Shown here: piece by piece, positions 43,007 to 52,726 of the stretch
How positions within the stretch are numbered: the first letter of the stretch is position 1
How the letters are laid out: each line of letters opens with the position of its first letter
Assembly (NCBI GenBank): GCA_026415505.1
Contig: JAOAGY010000009.1
Span: forward strand, 71,818-135,817
Direction of reading: 5' to 3'
Origin: Chlorobiota bacterium
GTDB lineage: Bacteria > Bacteroidota > Ignavibacteria > Kapaibacteriales > NICIL-2
DNA: 64,000 nucleotides
The notes under the pieces: model-generated
Database searches by the model: none
Told to the model about the DNA's origin: nothing
Seen by the model: the letters and a program-made list of their open reading frames with translations, nothing else
Made by a program: the position numbers and the translations under genes

Positions 43007-43479
43007 CGCAATTCCTCGAGCAAACAGACGCAGTACGCTGCGACACCCTCTCCACGACCGACGAATCCGACGCCTTCGCTCGTTGTCGCCTTGACCGATA
43101 CCGCCTCGATCGGCACACGGCACAGATGTGCGATCTTCTCTCGCATCGCAACTTTGTACGGCGCGATTTTCGGTGATTCCAGCAGCACCGTTACATCCAC
43201 ATTCACGATGCCCAGCGACCGCTCGTGTACCATGCGGCAGACGTGCTCGACGAACTTTTCGCTCGGTGCATTCTTCCACTGCGAGTCGGTATCGGGAAAA
43301 TGCTCGCCGATGTCGCCGAGCGCAGCAGCACCCAACAGCGCATCGCAGAGGGCATGGAGAACGACATCGCCATCGCTGTGCGCGCAAGCGCCGAACGGAG
43401 CCGGCACCCGCACACCACCGAGCATCAGATGATCGCCCGACGCGAAGCGATGAACATCGAAGCCAAAACCTATGCGCAT
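43003..43479 (-). CDS. ispF: 2-C-methyl-D-erythritol 2,4-cyclodiphosphate synthase
   Basis: [33 protein letters not shown]. Confidence 0.96.
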   Translation of the reverse strand: MRIGFGFDVHRFASGDHLMLGGVRVPAPFGACAHSDGDVVLHALCDALLGAAALGDIGEHFPDTDSQWKNAPSEKFVEHVCRMVHERSLGIVNVDVTVLLESPKIAPYKVAMREKIAHLCRVPIEAVSVKATTSEGVGFVGRGEGVAAYCVCLLEELR

Positions 43480-43520
43480 CGGCAAGCCCGGAATAATTCG
43501 ACACTGCTAATTTGCACAAC

Positions 43521-44753
43521 ATGAACGAACACGTGCTGACAGTCACACTGCTGACACAAGCGATTCGCCAGACGCTCGAGGACGAATTCCCGCTCGTGCA
43601 GGTCGTCGGCGAAGTGTCGAACTTCAAGCACCACCAGTCGGGACATCGCTACTTTACGCTCAAGGACGAAGGTGCACAAATCCGCTGCGTTCTCTGGCGC
43701 GGACGTCCCGTTCCTGTCGAACTCCGCGACGGCATGCTTGTCAGAGTCCGCGGACGTGTGACGGTCTATCCGCTGCAGGGCAACTATCAAATCGACTGCT
43801 ACGACGTCGTTCCGGCTGGTATCGGCGATCTCTACGTCGCATTCGAACAACTCAAACGCGAGCTTGCAGCCGCCGGATACTTCGACCCAGCACGCAAACG
43901 CCCGCTGCCACGACTACCGCGCACGATTGGAGTTGCAACCTCGCCGACAGGCGCAGCGATTCGCGACATTCTCACGACACTCGAACGGCGCAATCCCGCA
44001 GCAACGGTCGTCTTCCGACCGACGCTCGTTCAGGGCGCCGACGCAGCAGCCGACATCGCACGCGCAATCGCTGAGCTGGAAGCCTACGGCTGCGACGTCA
44101 TCATCGTCGGTCGCGGCGGCGGTTCGATCGAGGACCTCTGGGCATTCAACACGCGCACTGTCGCCGATGCGATCTATCGCTGCAGTGTGCCGGTCGTCTC
44201 GGCAGTCGGACACGAAACCGATGTGACGATCGCCGATTTCGTCGCCGACGTTCGTGCTGCGACGCCGACGGCAGCCGCCGAACTGTGCACGCCGATTCGA
44301 CGCGACGACATCCTCTACTGGCTCGACGAATGGCACGAACGCTCGCTCGGCGCACTGCTCGATGCACTCGACGAGGCTGCACTGCGTGCGCAGCAATTCG
44401 CATCACCGGCAACGCACCGAATGCTGATGCAACACTGCGATCATCTCGCCTATCACGCAGGCAATCTCGCACACTTTGCAACGACGTCTCTGGTGCAGCA
44501 CGTGGAGCGTTTTCACCAGCGACTCGACCGCGCCGAGCATGCACTCGCGCTCTTGCATCCTCTGGCGCCGCTCCAGCGAGGATTTGCGATCGTCGAACGC
44601 GATGGAACGATTCTCTCCCCCGACATGCCGTTGCACACCGGCGATCGCATTCGCATTCATCGTCGCACCGACAGCGCATCAGCACTCGTTACCGATACGA
44701 CAACCGACGATCACTGGTTCAGCCATGGCAAAAAAACAACCGACGATCGATGA
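43521..44753 (+). CDS. xseA: Exodeoxyribonuclease VII large subunit
   Basis: GEVSN..SGH.YFTLKD, TSPTGAAIRD, RGGGSIEDLWAFN, VGHETD, TPTAAAE. Confidence 0.95.
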   Translation: MNEHVLTVTLLTQAIRQTLEDEFPLVQVVGEVSNFKHHQSGHRYFTLKDEGAQIRCVLWRGRPVPVELRDGMLVRVRGRVTVYPLQGNYQIDCYDVVPAGIGDLYVAFEQLKRELAAAGYFDPARKRPLPRLPRTIGVATSPTGAAIRDILTTLERRNPAATVVFRPTLVQGADAAADIARAIAELEAYGCDVIIVGRGGGSIEDLWAFNTRTVADAIYRCSVPVVSAVGHETDVTIADFVADVRAATPTAAAELCTPIRRDDILYWLDEWHERSLGALLDALDEAALRAQQFASPATHRMLMQHCDHLAYHAGNLAHFATTSLVQHVERFHQRLDRAEHALALLHPLAPLQRGFAIVERDGTILSPDMPLHTGDRIRIHRRTDSASALVTDTTTDDHWFSHGKKTTDDR

Positions 44754-44949
44754 ACAACTGCGACGCTTGGAAGAAATCCGCCTGATCCTCGAAAGCGGCG
44801 ATCGCCCGATCGAACAGCTCGTCCAGCTCTACGAAGTAGGCATCGAGCTTGCCAAGAGCATTCGCGAAAAACTCCAAGCGATCCGCCAGCGCATCGTCAC
44901 ACTCGGCGAGCAAATCGGCGCCGATCGCTCCACTGCCGACGAGGGCTAA
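44725..44949 (+). CDS. xseB: Exodeoxyribonuclease VII small subunit
   Basis: LRRLEEI..LESG..IE..LYE.G..L; overlaps the xseA end. Confidence 0.88.
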   Translation: MAKKQPTIDEQLRRLEEIRLILESGDRPIEQLVQLYEVGIELAKSIREKLQAIRQRIVTLGEQIGADRSTADEG

Positions 44950-45935
44950 TGCTCCCGTTTCATCTGGCGAGTCATCAGTTCCGTGATCGCCTGGCGCGGG
45001 TCTTTCCCCTCGAACAAGATGCGATAGACTTGCTCTGCGATCGGCATTTCGACGCCGTAATCGCCCGCCAGCTCGAGTGCCGAAACAGTCGTCGCGATGC
45101 CTTCGGCGACCATCTTCATCGAAGCGACGATGGATTCGAGCGATTCACCGCGTCCGATGCGTTCGCCGACGAGCCGATTGCGCGAGTGTCGGGACGTACA
45201 CGTGACGAACAAATCTCCCAGTCCGCTCAGTCCGCTGAAGGTCAGTGGATTGGCGCCGAGTTCGGTTCCGAGTCGGGTCATCTCTGCCAAGCCGCGCGTG
45301 ACGAGCGCTGCTTTCGTGTTGTCTCCCATTTCCAGTCCGTCGATGATGCCCGCAGCGATCGCGATGACGTTTTTGAGTGCACCGCCGAGTTCGACTCCCA
45401 CGACATCGAGCGAGCGGTAAATGCGGAACGTCGGCGTACTGAGCGCGCGCTGGACGATCTCGGCAGCGCTTTCGCTCGTGGATGCAGCGACGACCGTCGT
45501 CGGTACACCGCGGGCGACTTCTTCGGCGTGGCTCGGACCGCTGAGCACGACGTATTCGTCGCTTGCCACACCGGCGACGCTCCGCAGAAGCTGCGAAATC
45601 CGGAGATGTGTGCCGCGCTCGATACCTTTGGCAGCGTTGACGACGAGCTTGCCTCGCAGCGGCGGGTTGTAGTGTGTCAGCACCGCGCGCATGTGTTGCG
45701 TCGGCACTGCGACAATGACCAGATCGGCGCGTTCGATGGAGTGGAGCGACGTCGTGATTTCGATACCATCGGGAATGCGGATAGCCGGCAGGTATTGCGG
45801 ATTCTCGCGCCGTTTGGCGATTTCATCGGCGAGTGTATCGTGTCGCGTCCAGAGCACGACGCGATGGCTGTTGGCGGCAGCGACGCACGCCAGCGCCGTT
45901 CCCCATCCGCCGGCACCGAGAATGGCAATGTTCAT
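44946..45935 (-). CDS. gpsA: NAD(P)H-dependent glycerol-3-phosphate dehydrogenase
   Basis: GAGGWGTALA, KGIE, SGPSHAEEV, GGALKNVIA, GLGDL.VTC.SRN. Confidence 0.96.
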   Translation of the reverse strand: MNIAILGAGGWGTALACVAAANSHRVVLWTRHDTLADEIAKRRENPQYLPAIRIPDGIEITTSLHSIERADLVIVAVPTQHMRAVLTHYNPPLRGKLVVNAAKGIERGTHLRISQLLRSVAGVASDEYVVLSGPSHAEEVARGVPTTVVAASTSESAAEIVQRALSTPTFRIYRSLDVVGVELGGALKNVIAIAAGIIDGLEMGDNTKAALVTRGLAEMTRLGTELGANPLTFSGLSGLGDLFVTCTSRHSRNRLVGERIGRGESLESIVASMKMVAEGIATTVSALELAGDYGVEMPIAEQVYRILFEGKDPRQAITELMTRQMKREH

Positions 45936-45951
45936 CGCGGTCGGACGCTCG

Positions 45952-46659
45952 TCATTTGTGCTTGAATGCGCACCGTATGCGAATGAGCCAGAGTTTCTCG
46001 AAACGATGCTCCCGCCCTTCGAGCAGCCGCTTGATGTTGCTCCGGTGAGCGTAGATCACCAGCAGCGAGACCGCAACGGAAAACCAAATGAGAACGTCGT
46101 AGCCGTTGATGTCCACGCCACAGATGTTGTGCCGCACGAGCATCGCACTGGGGAAGACGATCGCCGCCGAGATCGAACCGAGCGAAATGTAGCCACTGAG
46201 CATGACGGCGAGCAAAAACACGCCGACGGCGATGGCGATTTCGACCGGTGCGATCCCGATGAGCATCCCTGCTGCCGTGTTGACACCTTTGCCGCCGCGG
46301 AATCCGACGAAAACGCTGAAGATGTGCCCGATGACCGCCGCTGTACCGGCGATCAAGCGCACCACAGTGATGTCTTCGAACGGCGTGTAGTTGGTGAACG
46401 GGAGCACATGATCGGTCATCAACTGCGCCACGAGCGTCACTGCCGCGACACCTTTGAGCACGTCCACGACTTGCACGAGCAGTCCCCACTTCCATCCGAG
46501 CACGCGGAATGCATTCGTGCTTCCCATGTTGCCGCTGCCGCGCGTGCGTATGTCGAATCCGAAAAAGAGCCGACTGACGACGACCGCCGTCGGAAACGAA
46601 CCGAGCAAGTAGCTGATCACCGCGACTGCAAGCAGCCGTTCGGGTGATTCGAAAACCAT
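45952..46659 (-). CDS. plsY: Glycerol-3-phosphate acyltransferase
   Basis: YLLGS.P, GSGNMGSTNAFR, DVLKG, GH..F.GGKGV, HRSNIKRL. Confidence 0.95.
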   Translation of the reverse strand: MVFESPERLLAVAVISYLLGSFPTAVVVSRLFFGFDIRTRGSGNMGSTNAFRVLGWKWGLLVQVVDVLKGVAAVTLVAQLMTDHVLPFTNYTPFEDITVVRLIAGTAAVIGHIFSVFVGFRGGKGVNTAAGMLIGIAPVEIAIAVGVFLLAVMLSGYISLGSISAAIVFPSAMLVRHNICGVDINGYDVLIWFSVAVSLLVIYAHRSNIKRLLEGREHRFEKLWLIRIRCAFKHK

Positions 46660-46690
46660 CGTGCGCCAATGCAATCGTGAAACATGCGCG

Positions 46691-46698
46691 CAAAATTA
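46691..46698 (-). promoter_or_regulatory. -7 box TAATTTTG upstream of plsY-gpsA
   Basis: Matches TAnnTTTG about 30 nt before the ATG. Confidence 0.55.
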
Positions 46699-46779
46699 TC
46701 GCGTGCCAGGACGGACGTCAACATATTTGCGTGTGCTATCCGTCTTGTGGCACGTTTGCACCATCGCACATTTCGACCA

Positions 46780-48114
46780 ATGAACGACACTTTGACCGCG
46801 ACGCGTCGCCGTCTCGAAGAAATCGAGCGTGAGCTGGCATCGCTCCGCGAAGAATACGCGCGGCTGAAAGCACGATGGGAAGAGGAAAAATCCCTCATCA
46901 GCCGCATTCGGAGCATCAAAGAGCAGATCGAGCAGACTAAGCTCGAAGCCGCCGACGCCGAACGCATCGGCGATTACGGTCGGGTAGCCGAGCTGCGCTA
47001 CGGTGTGCTGCTCCAGTTGCAAAAAGAACTCGACCAACTCAACGAGCAGCTCGCCAAGCTTCAAGCCGAAGGCGCCATGCTCAAAGAAGAAGTCGGCGCC
47101 GAAGACATTGCCGAAATCGTCGCCAAATGGACCGGCATACCCGTCCAACGCATGCTCGAATCGGAGCGAACCAAGCTGCTCAAAATGGAAGAGCGCCTGC
47201 ACCAACGCATCGTGGACCAAGACGAAGCGATTACGACGATCGCCAATGCCATTCGTCGCGCGCGCGCAGGGCTTTCCGATCCCAATCGTCCCATCGGTTC
47301 GTTCATCTTTCTCGGCACGACCGGCGTCGGCAAAACCGAGATGGCGAAAGCTCTGGCGGAGTTTCTCTTCGACGACGAAAACGCCATCGTTCGCATCGAT
47401 ATGAGCGAGTACATGGAGAAGCACTCCGTCTCCCGCTTGATCGGTGCGCCGCCTGGCTACGTCGGCTACGAAGAAGGTGGGCAACTGACCGAGGCAGTGC
47501 GTCGCCGTCCGTACTCGGTGGTGCTTTTCGACGAAATCGAAAAAGCGCACAACGACGTGTTCAACGTTCTGCTCCAGGTACTCGACGACGGACGACTGAC
47601 CGACAACAAAGGGCGAACGGTCAACTTCCGCAACACGATCATCATCATGACGTCGAATCTCGGCACAGAGGTCTTGCTCGAGCGGCTGCACGAAGTGACA
47701 GAAGACAATCGCGACGAGATCATGCGCGAAGCCCGGGTGCGCATTGCCGAGATTTTGCGCCAGCGCTTCCGTCCGGAGTTTCTCAACCGCATCGACGAAA
47801 TCATCGTCTTCAAGCCGCTCACGCGCAGCGAAATCCGGCAGATCGTTTTGCTGCAAGTCCGCTCGCTCCAAAAGCGGCTCGAACAGAACGGCATCCATTT
47901 CGAGATGACCGACGAGGTAGCCGATTGGCTCGGCACGGTCGGTTTCGATCCCCAGTTCGGCGCGCGACCGCTCAAGCGTGCGATTCAGCGACACATCACC
48001 GATCCGCTCTCGCTCAAAATTTTGGCGGGAGAATTCGTCGCAGGCGATCGCATCGTCGCGCGGCTCGACGAGCGCGGGTTGCCGGCGTTCTACAAGGAAA
48101 ACACAGCGTCGTAG
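46780..48114 (+). CDS. clpB: ClpB C-terminal half only (M-domain from helix 2 plus NBD2)
   Basis: RLEEIEREL..W..EK..AELRYG, IAEIVAKWTGIPV, GTTGVGKT, GYVG, LFDEIEKAH, FLNRID, GARPL. No N-domain or NBD1 upstream. Confidence 0.85.
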   Translation: MNDTLTATRRRLEEIERELASLREEYARLKARWEEEKSLISRIRSIKEQIEQTKLEAADAERIGDYGRVAELRYGVLLQLQKELDQLNEQLAKLQAEGAMLKEEVGAEDIAEIVAKWTGIPVQRMLESERTKLLKMEERLHQRIVDQDEAITTIANAIRRARAGLSDPNRPIGSFIFLGTTGVGKTEMAKALAEFLFDDENAIVRIDMSEYMEKHSVSRLIGAPPGYVGYEEGGQLTEAVRRRPYSVVLFDEIEKAHNDVFNVLLQVLDDGRLTDNKGRTVNFRNTIIIMTSNLGTEVLLERLHEVTEDNRDEIMREARVRIAEILRQRFRPEFLNRIDEIIVFKPLTRSEIRQIVLLQVRSLQKRLEQNGIHFEMTDEVADWLGTVGFDPQFGARPLKRAIQRHITDPLSLKILAGEFVAGDRIVARLDERGLPAFYKENTAS

Positions 48115-49148
48115 CGGGCGTTGCTCGGCGCACCGTGCCGATGGATTCGCCACGGCGTCGGGTCCACCACGAAATCGAGCCGCCGATACCGATCGGGTCC
48201 GTGCAGTTCGAGCTTGAGATGCGCCACCAGCCCGATCATCGCAGCGTTGTCGAGCACGTATTGGCGTTCGGGAACGACGACCGTTGCACCGATGCGTGCT
48301 GCGGCCTGCTGCATTTGCTCCCGTAGCCGCGCATTGGCTGCCACGCCTCCAGCGACGACGATCGTCGGCACATCGTACTGCCGCGCCGCACGAATCGTTT
48401 TGCCCACGAGCACATCTATAATCGCCTCTTGAACCGACGCTGCAAGATCGGCGCGATGGCGTTCGTCGCCGATGGGATGTTCGACCAGATACCGACGCAC
48501 CGCCGTTTTCAAACCGCTGAAACTGAACTCGTATCCGGGGTCGTCCAGCAGTGGGCGTGGAAACGCGATCGACGGCGTCCCCGACTTTGCCAATCGTTCG
48601 ATCGCCGGTCCGCCAGGATACTCCAATCCGAACAACGTCGCTACTTTGTCGAACGCTTCGCCCGCCGCATCGTCGCGCGTCGAACCGAGCAGGCGATATG
48701 TGCTCGGCGATTCGAGCAGACAGAGCAACGTGTGACCGCCGCTGGCGATCAACACGACGGCAGGCAGTTGCAGGTGCGGCTCTGCAAGGAATCCCGACAG
48801 CAAGTGCCCTTCCAAGTGATGCACCGGCACACACGGCAGCCGATAGCGCACGGCGAGTCCTTTGGCGAAATTGGCACCCACCAACAACGAACCGGCAAGC
48901 CCCGGCTGAACAGTACACGCGACGGCATCGAGCTGCTCGCATCGCATGTGCGCACGTTCGATCGCATCGGCGACGACAGACCAAATCCGCTCGATATGCG
49001 CACGCGAGGCGAGTTCGGGCACGATTCCTCCCCACCGACGATGTTCCTGCTGCGAGGCGATGATGTTGCTGACGACATGGCGATCGACGATGACGGCGGC
49101 AGCCGTCTCGTCACAGGAGCTTTCGATTGCGAGGATGCGGAATCCCAT
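48090..49148 (-). CDS. tsaD: tRNA N6-adenosine threonylcarbamoyltransferase
   Basis: IESSCDET, GGIVPELASRAH, HHLEGH, SGGHT, DDAAGEAFDK, FSFSGLKT, DNAAMI. Confidence 0.96.
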   Translation of the reverse strand: MGFRILAIESSCDETAAAVIVDRHVVSNIIASQQEHRRWGGIVPELASRAHIERIWSVVADAIERAHMRCEQLDAVACTVQPGLAGSLLVGANFAKGLAVRYRLPCVPVHHLEGHLLSGFLAEPHLQLPAVVLIASGGHTLLCLLESPSTYRLLGSTRDDAAGEAFDKVATLFGLEYPGGPAIERLAKSGTPSIAFPRPLLDDPGYEFSFSGLKTAVRRYLVEHPIGDERHRADLAASVQEAIIDVLVGKTIRAARQYDVPTIVVAGGVAANARLREQMQQAAARIGATVVVPERQYVLDNAAMIGLVAHLKLELHGPDRYRRLDFVVDPTPWRIHRHGAPSNARYDAVFSL

Positions 49149-49151
49149 CGC

Positions 49152-50570
49152 CTACCATGAGTGACGCACCGTGTAGCGAAACGTCGTCGCACCGCGAGCG
49201 GGAACATTGACGGTGAACTCGGCTCGCGACGAGGAACGCTTGGCAAACGGCACCGTGCTGTCGGTTATCGTCCACGCACCTGCGAACGATTCGACGACCG
49301 TTACGTCTCGCGCGCTCGGCGAGCCGTTGCGAACGGTGTACTCGACGGTGTACTGAGCAGCTCGGTCGGCGATGCGTGCGTAGTTGACCTCCTTTCGCAC
49401 TGCACGCAAATCGAAAACATCGCCGATTGTGAGTGCGATCTTGTCGCCGAACGGCGTGTGGCTGATGTCGTCTTCGCCGAGCAGTTGAAGTGTGCCACCC
49501 TGATCGCGACGCCAGACACGCACCGTTCCCGCCGGCAGCGGCTGCGAATCGGACGGCGTGTTGACGAACTCGACGACATTCGAGACAGCCAATTCGACAC
49601 TGTCGCTTTCGCGCATCTGATAGGCGGGATAGTACCGTCCCCACACGATTGCACGACGCACGTAGGGCAGCGTTGTCGGCGGACGAAGTGCCAGTGTCGT
49701 CGTCGTATTGGCGGCAATCGTTGCTCCCGACGAAATCGTGTAGAGGTGGTATTCGTCGAGTTGTTCGCGTGCTGGCACATCGTCGCTGGCAGCCATCGTG
49801 CGAGCCGCTGTCATGAACTCGACGTTCGGGCGAGCGAGCTTGCGGCGCAGATTCACCGAACCAGCGACGAGCTGGAGCCGATCGCATCGGAAGGACGAGC
49901 GTGTCGAGTTGAGGATGTGCACCCGTCCTTCCAGTTGCAACTGTCGGTCGTCGAGCAGTGTCGCAGTATAGGTCGCCTCCCACTGCAAGCCATCGCACTG
50001 GTACACCGTCTCGAGTGAGGATCGGGTGGAGCTACCGCGGTTGACAAGACTTGCAACGAGCGTCGGGGTTAGATTCACTGCCGGCGCGGGAGCGGGAAGA
50101 ACGAGCTCGCCGCACGGAGAGACGAGCAGTTCGCCGCTACGCGTTCGGATCACAGCACCGACGTAACACGGCTGACCGCCGCCGACCATCGTCACCGGCG
50201 GAGCGAGCAATTCCCCTTCGACGATGCCGCTCGGCTGGCGAAGCACGACGCTGCGCCCGACATACGATTGCAGCATGTCACTGGCAGAAACCGACGACGT
50301 GTTGAGCGTTTGCCAGGTCACGACGACGTCTGCTGTGCTCGGTCGCACGACGACGCTCGTCGGCGAAATCATCTCCGGCAGACGTTCGATCCGAATCGAG
50401 CGCTCGCCTTTCGGGAGCGTCACGTCGAACCAGTGGCGGACGATGGCTGCGTTCGAATAAAGCGTCATCGCCGTTCGTGCGGCGGAATCGGCGCTCACGA
50501 CGATGCTTTGTGCGTGGACGACTGCGGATGCAATCGCCACGAGCAAAACGCTACGCAACAGGTTGACCAT
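49152..50570 (-). CDS. Exported DUF4139-family protein
   Basis: Signal peptide; TLYSN.A.V..LP..I.P.SV; W.A.Y; YHLY.I; PLPAG.VRV. Confidence 0.78.
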   Translation of the reverse strand: MVNLLRSVLLVAIASAVVHAQSIVVSADSAARTAMTLYSNAAIVRHWFDVTLPKGERSIRIERLPEMISPTSVVVRPSTADVVVTWQTLNTSSVSASDMLQSYVGRSVVLRQPSGIVEGELLAPPVTMVGGGQPCYVGAVIRTRSGELLVSPCGELVLPAPAPAVNLTPTLVASLVNRGSSTRSSLETVYQCDGLQWEATYTATLLDDRQLQLEGRVHILNSTRSSFRCDRLQLVAGSVNLRRKLARPNVEFMTAARTMAASDDVPAREQLDEYHLYTISSGATIAANTTTTLALRPPTTLPYVRRAIVWGRYYPAYQMRESDSVELAVSNVVEFVNTPSDSQPLPAGTVRVWRRDQGGTLQLLGEDDISHTPFGDKIALTIGDVFDLRAVRKEVNYARIADRAAQYTVEYTVRNGSPSARDVTVVESFAGAWTITDSTVPFAKRSSSRAEFTVNVPARGATTFRYTVRHSW

Positions 50571-51594
50571 CGGAGCCGATCGGCAGCTCTTCATAGCGCG
50601 GCACCTCCTTGACAGCACGGTATCCGATAAATCCGCGATCGCGTCGTTCCATTGCAACGAGCGCTGCAGCATAGATTTCTTTCCATGTCAAGCCGAACTT
50701 TTCCATCAGCTCTTCCGGTTCGCCGCTGCCGCCGAAGGTGTCTTTTACTCCGACGAATTCGATCGGGACCGGATAGTTTTTCGCAACGACTTCGGCAACG
50801 GCGCCACCGAGTCCGGCATGCACCTGGTGCTCCTCTGCTGTGACGATCGCGCCGCACTGGCGTGCTGCGTCCACGATCGTCTGCACGTCGAACGGTTTGA
50901 TCGTCGAGACGTTGATCACGCGCGCTCGAATGCCGCGCTGGGCGAGCTTTTCAGCGGCGACGAGCGACTCCCAAACCATTGCACCGCAGGCAACGAGTGC
51001 GACGTCGCTTCCATCGCGAAAAACCTGCGCTTTGCCGAGTTCGAACGGCGTGTCGTCGCGAGTGAAAAACGGTACCGCCGCCCGCCCGAAGCGGATGTAC
51101 GCCGGACCGACCATTTCACCGATGGCGATGGTCGCTTTTTTCGCTTCCAGGTAGTCGCACGGCACTACGAGCGTCATGTGCGGAAGCGTGCGCAAGTACG
51201 CGATCTCTTCGAGAACTTGGTGTGTCGCGCCGTCGGGACCGACACTGATGCCAGCATGCCCGCCGCCGATTTTGACGTTCACTTCGTTGTAGCAAACGCT
51301 GATGCGGAGTTGATCGGCATTGCGCAGCGCACAGAACGCGCCGTAGGAAGCAAAGAACGGAATCTTGCCGCTCAGCGCAAGACCTGCGGCGATGGTCGTG
51401 GCATTCTGTTCGGCAACACCGATCGAGAAGAAACGATCGGGGAAACGCTCCTTGAACAGCGAGGTCATCACCGAGCCAGTGATGTCGCCACCGAGAACGA
51501 CGACGTTGTCGTAGCGCTCGCCGAGAACGACGAGTCCTTCGCCGAATCCTTGTCGTGTCGGTTTGGAGCCGCGGAGTGTGAAGGGTTCGCTCAT
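50551..51594 (-). CDS. Transketolase, C-terminal subunit
   Basis: GVAEQN, HAGISVGPDGATHQ, GPAYIRF, TIKP.D, EEH...GLG. Confidence 0.93.
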   Translation of the reverse strand: MSEPFTLRGSKPTRQGFGEGLVVLGERYDNVVVLGGDITGSVMTSLFKERFPDRFFSIGVAEQNATTIAAGLALSGKIPFFASYGAFCALRNADQLRISVCYNEVNVKIGGGHAGISVGPDGATHQVLEEIAYLRTLPHMTLVVPCDYLEAKKATIAIGEMVGPAYIRFGRAAVPFFTRDDTPFELGKAQVFRDGSDVALVACGAMVWESLVAAEKLAQRGIRARVINVSTIKPFDVQTIVDAARQCGAIVTAEEHQVHAGLGGAVAEVVAKNYPVPIEFVGVKDTFGGSGEPEELMEKFGLTWKEIYAAALVAMERRDRGFIGYRAVKEVPRYEELPIGSDGQPVA

Positions 51595-51615
51595 TGGTTC
51601 GTCAGTGGTGGTGGT

Positions 51616-52524
51616 TTATGCTTCGACCGATTCGGGAATGTCTTCGCCCAGTTCGCCAAGTGCGATACGAGCTTGTTCCCACGTCGGGGGTTTGCCGTGC
51701 CATTCGTAGCGGTCTTCCATGAACGACACGCCTTTCCCCATCAGCGTTTTCGCGATGATCGCGGTCGGTTTGCCGCATCGTTGCTCACTGTTGGCGATAA
51801 AGCGATCGAACGCAGCACACAGCTCGGCGTAGTCGTGACCGTTGGCGGTCACGACGTCGAAGCCGAACGCACGGCACTTGTCTTGGAGCGGATAGATGTT
51901 CATCACGTCGTGAACGCGACCGTCGATTTGGCAATCGTTGTTGTCGATGATCCAGCAGAAATTGTCGAGCTTGAAGTTCGATGCAGCCATCGCAGCTTCC
52001 CAAACGCTTCCTTCTTGCAGTTCGCCGTCGCCGGTGAGCGTGAAAACACGGTAGCCGTTTTTGTCGAGCAGTTTGTCCGCCATCGCCATACCGACGGCGA
52101 TCGAGATACCCTGACCGAGCGAGCCGGTCGAGGTTTCGATCCCCGGCAATCCCATATCTCGTCCGGGATGACCTTGCAAACGGGAGTTGTACTTGCGGAG
52201 CGTGCGGAGTTCTTCTTTCGGGAATGCACCGGTGTTGGCGAGCGTGGCGTAGAGCACCGGACACATGTGCCCTGCACTGAGCACGAAGCGGTCGCGCGGC
52301 GTCCACCAGTCGTGTGGATTGTACCGCATGTATCCGCCGAAATAGAGCACCGCGAAAATGTCGGTTGACCCGAGCGGACCGCCGCTGTGTCCGGAGCCAG
52401 CCAGGACGAGCGACTTGATGATGTCGCGACGAATCATCCGTGCGATTTCGGCGAATTCATGCGGTTGTCGCCGGCGGTTGTCGAACGTGGTTGGATCGAA
52501 GACGATCGGGAATTCTGCGCTCAT
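51616..52524 (-). CDS. Transketolase, N-terminal TPP-binding subunit
   Basis: SGHSGG, RDRFVLSAGH, LQGHP, STGSLGQG, GDGELQEG..WEA, WHG. Confidence 0.93.
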   Translation of the reverse strand: MSAEFPIVFDPTTFDNRRRQPHEFAEIARMIRRDIIKSLVLAGSGHSGGPLGSTDIFAVLYFGGYMRYNPHDWWTPRDRFVLSAGHMCPVLYATLANTGAFPKEELRTLRKYNSRLQGHPGRDMGLPGIETSTGSLGQGISIAVGMAMADKLLDKNGYRVFTLTGDGELQEGSVWEAAMAASNFKLDNFCWIIDNNDCQIDGRVHDVMNIYPLQDKCRAFGFDVVTANGHDYAELCAAFDRFIANSEQRCGKPTAIIAKTLMGKGVSFMEDRYEWHGKPPTWEQARIALGELGEDIPESVEA

Positions 52525-52726
52525 CACGATTACGTAGGGAATGCAGTTGCGGTACGCGAAAATAGTCAACGCCCGAAACACTCGACGACTGAATGCGAAA
52601 CAACCCACAAGGCTTGTGAATTGTTTATGCGGCAGTATCGCAAGTTCACATTCGTTTGGTTATTTTATCATTTGGCATTATTTTCGGTCTCGGTATGTCC
52701 ACTATGGTCAGGATTGGAGGAGGATC

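Noticed and set aside
43007-43627. Kinase ORF extension through ispF
   Set aside because: Off-frame sequence. The lipoprotein signal at 43006 marks the real start.
46696-49035. 779-aa minus-strand ORF that might be the missing ClpB half
   Set aside because: It is antisense to clpB and off-frame in tsaD, with no AAA+ motifs.
50503-52368. 621-aa plus-strand ORF
   Set aside because: It is the antisense shadow of the two transketolase genes.
50551-52524. Split transketolase as a novelty
   Set aside because: Two-subunit transketolases are common and well known.
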